Shown here piece after piece: positions 9,591-20,000 of a stretch of 20,000 bases of DNA (position 1 is its first letter; each line of letters begins with the position of its first letter). The position numbers and the translations under genes were made by a program. The DNA comes from Chiloscyllium plagiosum (Eukaryota): NCBI RefSeq assembly GCF_004010195.1, contig NC_057719.1:67455916-67475915 (forward strand), in the 5' to 3' direction. The notes below the pieces were generated by a model. That model was not told the origin of the DNA, made no database searches, and was given only the letters and a program-made list of their open reading frames with translations.

Positions 9591-10729
9591 AACAGAAAGT
9601 AATGGATTCTTTCATTGGGATAATTAGCATTTGAGATTAAGACATAGAAAATATATCGAGGACATTTAATATCAAAACATGAAAGTCTTTGATAACAATA
9701 TATGGATAAAATTCATAAACAAAAAAATGGGCTCAGATTCATGAATAAACGAAAAGCAGTAAATATTTCAGATTCAAGGTTTATAGAATATTCACTGTTA
9801 TGGAGGACACAACACTCAACTAATGATGTTATATATATGGAACTACATTCGGTGCTAAGTTGTTTAAAGACCAAACAAATATTGATTTTTTTTTTCCCAA
9901 TGTATTTGTTTTTCTCTCACTTTGTGATGATAGGAAGATGGAAATCATACAAAGTTGGGTTGGAATGATGCAAACCTCTTTATCTTTTTTACTTCATTCC
10001 ACAGAGCATAGCTGCTGTAGATACTGGTGTGACTCACACAGGGATGCTGAATCCCTTGGGGTTTGAGTGACAGTTCTCTTCTTGTAAAGATGAAAAGCTT
10101 ATTACTGAAAGCAAACTGTACACCACATAGACATTAGTTACAAAACTTGCAAAAATGAGTTTAAAAAATTGTTGTTGGCTCACACCACTTCTCAGGAAAG
10201 CAAAAATTATGATTAATACTTTGCGTAATTTATGTATACAGATGACATAAAGTCATCCTTTTCAACAGATTTTCTTGCAATAAACTTCAATTCGTATTTC
10301 CCATGGTCAGGTTTAAGGCTTGCAGATGGTCTTACTCCTCTCTGTCATACAAAAAGCACTTGAATTATTAATGACTTGTATTTTAGTGCGTGTATCTGAT
10401 TGCATGTTTTATTTTTGACTGCATTTGAAAGCACACCTTGAAATTATTGGTCACTGAAATGTACTTCTACCACAGATCATTTGTATGGTTCTTGACTACA
10501 GTTCATTTTCCTTCAAGCTACATACCAATTATATTGGTAAACCTTGAGCAAATTATCTGCTGCGCCTTTATGGTATGCTTCATGTCATGACAAACCTTGG
10601 ATAGCAAGACAACTACAATTTTACACGTTTTCCATTGAGAGTTGCATCCAATTATGCCACTTGCTTTCCATTTATTATCGATCACAGCAGCGACAAAACT
10701 TGAACACCACGAATAAGTAGAGGAGGTAA

Positions 10730-11003
10730 AAGAGGTGATCAAAGGCATGGTTAAATAGGCAGATTTTAAGAAGTTACTTGAAAATTGGGAGAGGAGAAGG
10801 AACTAGAAGCATTTTCAGAGTTAAAAGGTTGTGACAATTGAAACCTATGACATCAATGGTGGAACATAAAGGAGAAGGCAAAGCTAGAGTGAGAGAAACA
10901 AAAAGATCATAGTAAGACATAACAATGATGCTCACACAAAAGGTACATCTTGGAGTAACTTACAGTTTTGAATGAAGATTTTGAAATCAGTGCGTTGTGA
11001 ATA
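10730..11003 (-). mobile_element. Old L2-like LINE remnant
   Basis: GGTGATCAAAGGCATGGTTAAATAGGCAGATTTTAAGAAG..CTTGAAA..GGAGAGGAG resembles a reversed L2 3' end; highly diverged. Confidence 0.4.
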
Positions 11004-11016
11004 AGGACTCAACGTA

Positions 11017-11153
11017 AAAACTGAAAGAACTGCGGATGCTGTAAATCAGAAACAAAAACAGAAGTTACTGGAAAAGCTCAACAAGTCTGGCAGCATCTGT
11101 GAAGAGAAATCAGAGTTAACGTTTCAGGTGGGGTGACATCAGAACCCTTCCTC
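11017..11153 (-). mobile_element. Solo Penelope-type pLTR unit (second subfamily) with hammerhead and TSD
   Basis: Minus strand reads AGTC-CTGAGGA-AGGGT..ACCT-GAAAC-GTT-AACT, then GATGCTGCCAGACTTG..TTTTCCAG..CAGCATCCGCAG. Direct repeats are AGGACTCAACGTA (11004-11016) and AGGACTTAACGTA (11154-11166). Confidence 0.85.
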
Positions 11154-11467
11154 AGGACTTAACGTACGTTGTTCAGTATCAGAAAGACATGCAAATTGGA
11201 TAAAGATAATGATAATTGAGGGTCAAGCTTAAACATTCTAGAATTCAAAACTGGAAATAGAAAACCTTGGATTAGATTTTGATTGTGTTTGGGTTAGATG
11301 GAACAATAACAGGTGCAGGTAAAATAAGCATTTTATCCAACCCTGTATATGTCCAACAAGTTAATTGTGTTAAAATTCCAACTGAGATTTAAAGTTTGCA
11401 TCTGGATTAAGCAAAGCACTGAAATCATTAATCCTTTTCAGCAAATGTAAATGAGTCAATTGAAATA

Positions 11468-11813
11468 CAGGTAGATGATCCTTTATCCGAAATTCCAAAA
11501 TCTGAAAAGGTCCGAAATCTGAAGTTTTATTCCTGAAGTTTTTTCCTCATTAACAAGGTTCTTTGGCATGCAAACAATTAACACAATTCCACACCCACTT
11601 GACCCACTTCACTCGGAAGTGAGATAGCGGCGTGGCCCAACACCGACAGGTGTCAATTCTGTCTTAGTGCTCGTAGTAATCACAGTGGGTCTGCTGTTCG
11701 GTAATTTTTTTTGTATTTTACTATGAAAATATCACTTTTTCCTTTATCCGAAAAATTCCAAAATCCGAAAGACAGCTGGTCCCGAGGGTTACGGATAAAG
11801 GATTGTCTATCTA
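11468..11813. mobile_element. Tc1/mariner-pogo (Tigger4/Zombi-like) MITE, ~346 bp
   Basis: Left TIR CAGGTAGATGATCCTTTATCCGAAA; the right TIR reverse-complements to TAGATAGACAATCCTTTATCCGTAA. TA flanks both sides (11466-67, 11814-15), with subterminal ATCCGAAA repeats. Confidence 0.88.
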
Positions 11814-11834
11814 TATCTATAAGCGGTTCCAACA

Positions 11835-11945
11835 AATCAGAGAATCACAGGGAAGAGGCCCTTTGGCCCATCAGGTCTGTACCACCAAATACATTCTACT
11901 ATCTGTACTCTTCCCATTTTCCCACACTAGACCCATAGCCATGTC
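11835..11945 (-). mobile_element. Short CR1/HE1-type 3' tail remnant
   Basis: AGAGAATCACAGGGAAGAGGCCCTTTGGCCCATC..TCCCATTTTCCCACACT. Confidence 0.55.
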
Positions 11946-12074
11946 CATTGAGACTTCAAGTGCGATGAATTCAGATTCATCTTCAGGACCACTTTGTCAA
12001 GTATTCATTTCTAAAGTTTACTGAGCATATCAGTGTTAAATTACTTCGCAAGTAAATTTAATGAATTAACAAGT

Positions 12075-14008
12075 TGATTGTAGATAGCAGTGAATGGCAT
12101 TCCAAACATGTAGGGTTTTTATTTCTGTATGGTACAGAACTTTTCTTTGTTAGAGGTGCACTCATCCAGGCAGGTGGAGACAATTCCATCACACTCCTGA
12201 CTGGTCTTGTGGATGTTGGACAGGATTTGGGGAAATCAGAAGATAAAGTACTTGTTGCAGAATTCCCAACTCTGACTTGCTCTTGTAGCCACAAAATGTG
12301 TGTGGCTGGTCCAATTTGGTTTATGATTAATGATTAACCTAGCATGTTGATAGTTGGAATTTCAGTGTCAGTAATGTCATTGCAAGTCAAGGGGAGGTGG
12401 TTGGATTCTCTCTCGTTAAAGATGGTCATTGCCTCGTATTTGTGTCATTAAATGTTATGTGTCACTTATCAACAAGGCTGCTTGTTTTTCAGGACTTCAT
12501 GCATATAAATATGAACATCTTCAGTTTCTGAACAGTTGCAATTTGTGCTGAGCATTGTAAAGATTAGTAAACATTTAGAATTCTGCACCTTGTGACAGAG
12601 GAACGTTCATTGATGAATTGGGTGACGATGGGTGAGCCGAGAGTACAATATTGTGGAACTTCAGCAAAAATATTCTGGCACTTAGACAGTTGATCCCTGA
12701 CAACTACATCCATTTGAAACATATTTAACCATTTTTGTCCAAGTAAAGGATTCAAACCAGCCTCCTCTGAGGTCTAAGGACTGAATCAACCTGACTGAAG
12801 ACTGGCATCTAAGATTCAGTGGACCAAGGAAGCAACTAGGATAGGTAACATAATTGAAATTTATCCCATTTAGCAAGGTGGTAGTGCCACATAACATAAT
12901 GGAAGCTATTCTTAATGTGAAGCTGGAACTTAATCTCCACAAGCACCATGCTGTGGTCATTCCTGCTAAAATTAGACTGGTGAATTTGTGACTGGAAGTT
13001 TAAGGAGGACAATGTCAAATAGATGTTTTCCTCACCACTCCCAGCAGGCCCATCGCACAATCAAATCCACCAGTAGTGGTGCTATGTAGTCACATTTGAC
13101 AACAGATATTGAAATTCCCCACCCAGAGTACATACTGCTCCTCTGCCACCCTCAGCATTTTTTCCAGTTAGTATTCAAAGTGAAGGAGTACAGATACATC
13201 ACTGGGGATGGGCAAGAGCAGGGTGCCACTTGGTAATCAGTAGGAGGTTTCTTTACCTACGTTTGACTTAGTGCCATGAAATTTATTGCAGTGCAGAGTC
13301 AGAGTCAATGTTGAGGCTATGAGGACAACTATCTCTCTGCAATGCTGTCTTCATTGGTGGGTCAGTCCTGTTGATGGGAAGGACATACCCAGGGATGGAG
13401 GGGGTGCCTGGGACATCTGAACTAATCGATGGGAATTCTCTCCTAATTTTAGCATAAACTAAAAGATGTGAGTGAGGAGGACTTTGCAGGTTCCATATAT
13501 CTTTGCCATCTTCAGTGTGGCGTTGATGCCAGATGATGCATCCAGTTCTATTTCTTTCAGACTTTCCTAATGTGGTTGGACATAACCAAGCAGGCTTCTT
13601 GGGCATTTAAGTGGGCATTTATGATTAAACCACATTGCTCTGGCTGGAGAGTCACACGTAGGCCAGACTAGGAAAGACAGTAGGGTTCCTTCCCTAAAGT
13701 GCATTAGTGAACTAGACAGGATTTATTACAACTGAGAGTTTCATAGTCACTGTTATAAGATTAACTTTTTGTTCCAGATTTGCGAATTAAACTTAAAATT
13801 CATGAGCTCATATGATAGGGTTTGAACCTGTATTCCCTAGATTAGGAAGGGCTTATGCCCGAAACGTTGATTCTCCTGCTCCTCGGATGCTGCCTGACCT
13901 TCTGTGTCTTTCCAGAGCCACACTCTCAACTGTGATCTCTAGTATCTGCAGTCCTACTTTCTCCTCTGAATTACTAGACCAGTGATATTAGCACCATGAT
14001 GCCACCTC
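12075..14008 (-). mobile_element. Decayed CR1-group LINE with tRNA-derived 5' head and a single APE-RT ORF, internally deleted
   Basis: Minus-strand order: tRNA head (14008-13818), SINE-like body (to ~13600), APE remnants (SIPGYVLP..RTDPP; VLWVG.FN), RT remnants (EVPQYCTLG, FINE.SS), then VRSVMELSPPAWMSAP, which matches the peptide at 19208. Confidence 0.78.
13845..13965 (+). mobile_element. Solo Penelope-type pLTR unit inserted into the tRNA head of the LINE
   Basis: GAAGGGCTTATGCCCGAAACGTTGATTCTCCTGCTCCTCGGATGCTGCCTGACC...ATCTGCAGTCCTACTTTCTCCT is the same family as 315-441. It begins inside the hammerhead core and has no clear TSD. Confidence 0.85.
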
Positions 14009-15544
14009 TGATCATTTGTAACATGTGACCTGGAGAAAAGGCAGATCATGTGGCAAAATTTTCCAAATCAGATAGGTATCTTAGAGAGTGATTAGTTGGA
14101 AAGCATTCAGGTGGATTGTTAGACCTTTCCCAGCCCTGCATACTCCTGAGACGCAAGTATCTATAGGAACAGTGGGAGTGATTCCATGATGCAGCATCTT
14201 TAGTATGAAGCACAGATGTTACTTCACAAAAAACACACAGGGGCTTGCATCAGGATGTTTGTAAAACCTTGCGTCAGGAAAAAAAAACACAGGTGTACTG
14301 CTGCACATTTTCATCCATTGTGACTAATAGGTGGAAAGTCACAAGATACATGACTACAATTTTCCAAGATGTGCTCACTGTAAGCATTTCTTCATATCAG
14401 GAAAAGCATATCATAAAATCACCTCTATTATATACTGTTTCAGGATGTCAGTCTGAGCATCATCTTATGGAAGGACCTTGCGATCATGTGCCAAGTAATT
14501 CAGTTATATGAGTCCCACAAGCATCAATATTCACACTGTGGATTTTAACCATTCCAAACATCTAATACATCATTTTGAGGTTTGATGTCGAGCATTCTCC
14601 CTTGCTTCTGCATAACTATTTTCCCTCTATGTCCTAAAAGACAATTAAATTGATGCCTTTAGATGCATGTGAGAATGGATTTGCAACTTAATTTTGAAAA
14701 GTCCTGACTGATTTATAATAATGATCTTGAAGCCAGAATGCAGGTTTGCAAATATAATATAAATAACTTAAATATACAAAATTTTACAGGATGATTTATA
14801 TCTAATTTATATGTATATGGCTTATATATACAGAAACAAATAAAAAATAATTAATGCTGACTTAAATAAATAGAATATTCCACCAAAATTTGAATTCCAG
14901 CATTTTCAAAGAAAATCTAATTCAAGCATTTTATTCTTTTTGGAAGAAAACACCCTGTCATTGTCTAGTGACACATTACTGCAACCTATCAGCCTCTGAA
15001 CTATTCCTTCCACGTCACTCATTTTGATTGAATTTTCTTTTTGATGAGTATGCAAGACGCTTGTTTTGAACTCAGGGCAACAGTGAAAATAAAACTTCAA
15101 AGCTTTGGTGCTTAAAAATATCACTATGTAATAATCAATTGATATTTCTGCAGTGTCTTTCATTATAAGTATCCAAACATTTTGATATTGCCATCAATTT
15201 AAAGAAGAAAGCCTTCTTAGAGTAAACAATACAGTTTGTGAACCTGACTAAGGCATAAGGTGCTAAAGAAAGACAAATTTGTTTCTGAACAGTCAACATG
15301 AACTGCAAATCATTTTAGTAGAATATATCTCAAAAATACTGAATTTAAAGCAAAATATTGAAGAGCTGGCTTCAATGCATCTCTACCAAGAGTTTGGTTT
15401 AATGGCAATTTATGTGTCATTTACATGATTAAAATACTCATAGGTTTCCAAATCCTCTTTAATGGATTTTGCTACTTATACAATGGATTGAATTAAAACA
15501 ACAGTTCTTCTACTTGATTTCCAATAATTTCCAGCAGGTAGAGG

Positions 15545-15640
15545 ACAGCGATTCAGAAGGCAGCTCAAGTGCGAGCAATGGACGGCCAATAAACACTGGC
15601 CAGTCAGCAATGTCCACATTCCACAAATGAATAACAAACA
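15545..15640 (+). mobile_element. 3' tail remnant of the tRNA-headed LINE/SINE family
   Basis: TTCAGAAGGCAGCTCA..GGCCAATAAACACTGGCCAGTCAGCAATGTCCACATTCCACAAATGAATAA matches 19594-19693. Confidence 0.7.
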
Positions 15641-17701
15641 ATTTATTAAGAGACAAAAGAAATATTAGTGCCTGTATTAATGAAAAAAAAATGAATGTGG
15701 GCCGAAGTAGGAGATTAAATGTGAACATTATTTGATCAGCATGGAAAAAAACAGGGATTGAAAAATCAAACCAGTGAGTAGTTCATGACAAGATAGCGGA
15801 CAGTGTGTGACCTAATTACACTAAATGTTTTCCACAGGTATCCTACAAACCTTTGAAATGTCAGGATACATAAAGTAATGATGTTCAACTATGATGTAAT
15901 TGTAGAAGTGATTTAAGAAAAGTTATGTTTTACAAATTTACTAAACTACTGAATGTTCCCATTTGTTATAGAAACTGCCTTCATATCCCTTCACCTCTCT
16001 TTTCCTCACAGTTCACAATAAATTGCATCAGGACCATCATTTAAGAGTTGGAAAATGCAACATTTCAACCCTTAACCAGTGCACACTCTAGTTCTACAGG
16101 AGCAATATTCATTTCCCACTGGCAAAGCAAACAGGGAAGATGGATAAAGTGAGTAAAAATTCTGCCTGGATACCAACATATTTGCACTTATCCCAGGAGC
16201 AAGCACTAGTCACTATACAATAAATCCTACTTGTGCTCCTGTGTCTTAGAAACATGGGGTCTTGTGACTTTAAAATTTTAAAATTACTTCATTATGAACA
16301 TTGTATTACATAACCACATCATTACTATCGACAGTCAGAACAGCTTTAATTTGCAGTTGGTAATTTGTCACTAGAAGCTTACCATGATTAATCTTCTTAT
16401 TGCACCAACAGTTTTTAACGTGGTGTGAATTACCTGCTGGGCTTGTTGTTACCACCCATTCAGAGATGAAAATGACTTACAACTATGGTTGAAATTAAAT
16501 AATAGAACAAGAAACCCCCAAAATTCTCTAAAATGTTCACATATGTAAAAAAAAAACACACTGAATGAACTGCTTGACATTGTCAGAATAGTAATTCACA
16601 CTCCTGTACAACCTGCAACAGATCTTTCAGCTGCATCTAAATGAAGCTCATCTCAGCTGTTACCAATTATATGGTTTTTGCTTTAGAACCAGTCATCACA
16701 GAGCAGCTGAAAATTCTTTTGTGAGAAAAAGACCACTTAGTTATCTATTTATGTGAGATACACAACAAATGTTACTTTACTTATAAGCATGGTATGTAGA
16801 ACTACTAAAAGGTTTGATTTTATTAAAGCATTACCGGAAGCTTTTCAGTAATTATGGCACTGTTTTGTGTATGCATGTTAGCCTATTTTATATTTGCCAC
16901 ATTATTGGTTCTTATTTTTCTAGTGCCGTTGATTTTAAATTTTGCGCCTGTATCATGAATGATTAAGTGTCTTGTCCGGCTCAACTGTTTACAGGATCTT
17001 TGACTATTAGCAACATTCAAAAGTAATCAAATGTTGCCTTCATTGATACAGTCACATGGCTTGAGGCAATGTTCAACAACTTTTCCAAAACAGTTCCCAA
17101 TCTTAATTATAAGTGTATACCATATTTAAAAGAAACCATTAAAATTTGGGTTAGAAATGTACAGTACAACAGATAGTTTAAAATACCTTTCAATACCTTA
17201 AGATGGAATCTATTGTTAGAAGACATATTTTCAGCTGTCCATTGATTCAAAGATGATGTCTATTCACTTGGTGATATAATCTGGAGTTTATAGTTACTCA
17301 CTAATACCTATGCATTTACTGCATTGGAAAACAGAGCAAAAGCTTTGGACAAAGCAACTAATAAATCCCATGCTGGAGATTTGGCTGGACAATCAACATT
17401 ACTAACCATATCAAACATTGGGAAGAAATTGCATCCATTGCCCAGAGAGAAAAATCACAAGGACACTTATCAGCTATTGAGACCTTCACATCTCTAATTA
17501 GTGTTTTTACTTACCTTCCCCCTCTGTGAGTGACTATGATAAAACCATGCCAATGAAAACAGCCTATGTCCTTCTGTTTAAAACCTAAGCACATTTTGCC
17601 ATTCAATTATCATTTATTTTGTACCAAGACAGCTGCAAAATTGCAGCCAAACCTCCTGGATAAAGATATAGCTCCTGGTTTGCCAGGAGAACTCCAATTT
17701 T

Positions 17702-18025
17702 CAGAGAACCTCTACAGTGTGGAAGCAGGCCATTCAGCCCATCAAGTCCACACTCCCCCTCTAAAGAGCATCCCACCTCCATCCCTGTAACCCTGCATTT
17801 TTCCATGGCTAATCCACATAACCTGTACAACCCAGGACACCATGGGCAATTTATCATGGCCAATCCAAATAATCTGCACATCTTTAGACTGTGGAGCACC
17901 CAGAGGAAACCCACACAGACATGGGGAGAATGTGCAAACTTGACACAGACATTTGCCTAGAGATGGAATTTAACTCAGGTCCTTGGCGCTGTGAGGCAGC
18001 AGTACTAACCACTGAGCTACCATGT
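17702..18025 (-). mobile_element. HE1-type SINE, near full length
   Basis: Reversed tRNA head, V-domain (GGAGCACCCAGAGGAAACCCACACAGACATGGGGAGAATGTGCAAACT), a duplicated CATGGC.AATCCA..TAA.CTG unit, and a CR1-like tail. Confidence 0.9.
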
Positions 18026-18224
18026 TTTTATGTAAATAAAGTCAACAGCAAAGGAAATAAGGCTAGCCTTTGGTTTTGGTGAGTAACGTCATTCTCACAT
18101 TGTTCTGTTTCTAAGTTTAAGAAATGCAGGCAGCCAACCATGTTGCTAAATTATTCTTTCCTCAGCAAATGAGGATCATAAAGAAAAGTATCCACAATAG
18201 GGAACATTTTTCATTTATAGATGT

Positions 18225-18333
18225 TTTATTAGCCTGTTCAAACATGTTATGACACACCTCAGGAGCAGATGGAACTTGAACTCAGGCCTTCTGTCCCTAA
18301 GGTAGGGACACTACCACCACACCATAAGAGCCC
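18225..18333 (-). mobile_element. Short (~110 bp) tRNA-derived SINE
   Basis: Minus strand GGGCTCTTATGGTGTGGTGGTAGTGTCC (A box) ... GAGTTCAAGTTCC (B box), followed by a short body. Confidence 0.65.
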
Positions 18334-18729
18334 TTCATTTTACACTTACAGATACTTTTAATGTGTCAGGCATGCCTGCCTCCACTATGGTCTCAGGCAG
18401 AGACAGTTCTTTCCAGAACTTAATGCAGATAGTAACTGATTGCAATAAAACTCTGCTATCCTCTATCTCCAATGGCAGCTGCTCCACCATTATAAATTGC
18501 ATATTTTGGAGCTGTTGGCTTCTTGGTAGCGCGATTGCTCTGTATCATTTTGAGGTCTCATTAGTGGCCTGGTCATAGAACCTTCCTATGTTCCAGAGCA
18601 GAAGTGTCTGCTGGAAGCTGAATGCCCATAGTCCTATCCTGAGGGTCAGTGGTAGCAGTCATGCTTATCCGAATAGAACAAGTAGTTAAATCTCTTCCAA
18701 AACTTTATCCAAATAATATGAACTATACT

Positions 18730-19154
18730 CCATAAGACCTTGAGCAATAGAAACAGGAATAGGCCATGTTGCACCTTGAGCCTGCTCTGCCATTCAATAG
18801 GATCATTACTGATCAGACATTGTTCATTTTCCTGCCTTTTTCCTGTAAATCTATTGAACAAAAATCTATCTCAGCCTTCCATATACACAAGGACTCTTCC
18901 CCTCACAGCTGTCTTTGGCAAGGAGTTCCAGAGTTTCTTTTAAGAGAATAAATGCCTCCTTACTTCAGTCTTAAGTTGGTACCCCTTTATTCTGAGAGTA
19001 TGCCCTCTTGCCCTAGACTCTCCCATGAGGGGAAACATCCTCTCAGCATTTACCCTGTCAAGCCCCTTAAGAGTCTTATATGCTTAAAAGAGATCACTTC
19101 TCATTCTAAATTCCAGTGAGTAGGGTGTCACCTGTTGAACCTTTCTCATAAGAC
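18730..19154 (-). mobile_element. CR1-type LINE 3' fragment (resumes at ~19696-19810)
   Basis: TGCCCTCTTGCCCTAGACTCTCCCATGAGGGGAAACATCCTCTCAGCATTTACCCTGTCAAG is the reverse of DRVNAERMFPLMGESR.RGH; same family as 816-1713. Confidence 0.85.
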
Positions 19155-19164
19155 AGAAGCTACG

Positions 19165-19693
19165 AATACTACAGTGAGTAACTAACCTCCTGACCACCAT
19201 CTACAAGGTGCATGTCAGAAGTGTGATGGAATATTTCCCACTTGCCAAGATAGACACAGATTCAACAACACTCAAGAAGCTTGACATGATCAAAGCAGCC
19301 TGCTTGATTGGCATCACCATAATCATCCACTCACTTCACTACCAATGCACAGTAATGTGCACTGTCTACAAGATGTGCAGAAGAAATTCACCAGTGATCC
19401 TTAGACAGCATCTTCCAAATGCAGAACCACTTCCATCTAGAAGGACAAGGACAGTAGATACATGGAACACCAACACTTGCATGTTCCCCTCCAAACCATT
19501 CACCATTCTGACTTGAAAATAGATTGCCGTTCCTGCACTGTTGCAAGGTCAAAATCCTTGAATTCCCTCCCTGCAGCACATGGACTGCAGTAGTTCAAAA
19601 AGGCAGCTCACCGCTACCTTCTCAAGGACAGCTGGGGATGGGCAATAAATGCTGGCAAGTCAGCAACACCCGCATCTCACAAGCAAATAAAAA
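19165..19693 (+). mobile_element. 3' fragment of the CR1-group LINE family seen at 12075-14008
   Basis: TIYKVHVRSVMEYFPLA..STTLKKLDMI..AACLIG..IHSLH..VYKM; 3' end GGATGGGCAATAAATGCTGGC..CATCTCAC..AATAAAAA. Confidence 0.85.
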
Positions 19694-19695
19694 TA

Positions 19696-19810
19696 GCCTC
19701 CATATCGGGGATCATCCTACTGGAACTTCTCTGATATTCTCGACTATTCCATCAGCCTTCCTGATTATCTGCTGTACCAGTATGCTAGCTTTCTGTGTTT
19801 CATGCACAAG
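19696..19810 (-). mobile_element. Continuation of the CR1 fragment at 18730-19154
   Basis: CCTCCATATCGGGGATCATCCTA..GAACTTCTCTG is the reverse of QRRFTRMIP.M.GL, and GCCTTCCTGATTATCTGCTGTAC is the reverse of VQQ.IRKA. Confidence 0.7.
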
Positions 19811-20000
19811 ATTCAGTATGTGGATGTGCCTACTAGAGAAGATGCAAAACTTGACCTATTCTTGGGAAATAAGGCAGGGCAGGTGACTGAGGTGTCAGTG
19901 GGGGTGCACTTTAGGGCCAGTGACCATAATTCTATTCATTTTAAAATAGTGATGGAAAAGGATAGACCAGATCTAAAAGTTGAAGTTCTAAATGGGAGAA
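19811..20000 (+). mobile_element. CR1 ORF2 apurinic-endonuclease C-terminal region, running off the window
   Basis: Open frame IQYVDVPTREDAKLDLFLGNKAGQVTEVSVGVHFRASDHNSIHFKIVMEKDR, with PTR, LDL and SDH motifs. Confidence 0.88.

Noticed and set aside
9980..10070. Acceptor-like TTTTTACTTCATTCCACAG with a short open frame
   Set aside because: No strong donor and no recognisable peptide.
1..20000. CRISPR array, prokaryotic operon or defence system
   Set aside because: No regularly spaced repeats and no gene-dense coding; the sequence is vertebrate repeat-rich DNA.

Overview
Eukaryotic, repeat-rich non-coding DNA with one assembly gap (472 N, 4953-5424). The repeat families (HE1-type V-SINEs, CR1/HER1-type LINE pieces, Penelope-like elements with GIY-YIG, a Deu-type SINE) point to a cartilaginous fish, probably a shark; this is inferred from recalled repeat consensus, not from a search. 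I found no convincing host exon, and the short ORFs are almost all repeat-derived or random. Highlights: (1) five Penelope pLTR/minimal hammerhead-ribozyme motifs, three of them ~120-140 bp stand-alone units, two with 13-15 bp target-site duplications (TSDs); (2) a decayed CR1-group LINE whose APE-RT ORF directly follows a tRNA-derived head, plus a SINE that looks like the head and tail of that LINE joined together; (3) an inverted Penelope insertion with a TSD spanning the gap; (4) a Tigger4/Zombi-like MITE; (5) several nested insertions that give a relative chronology.
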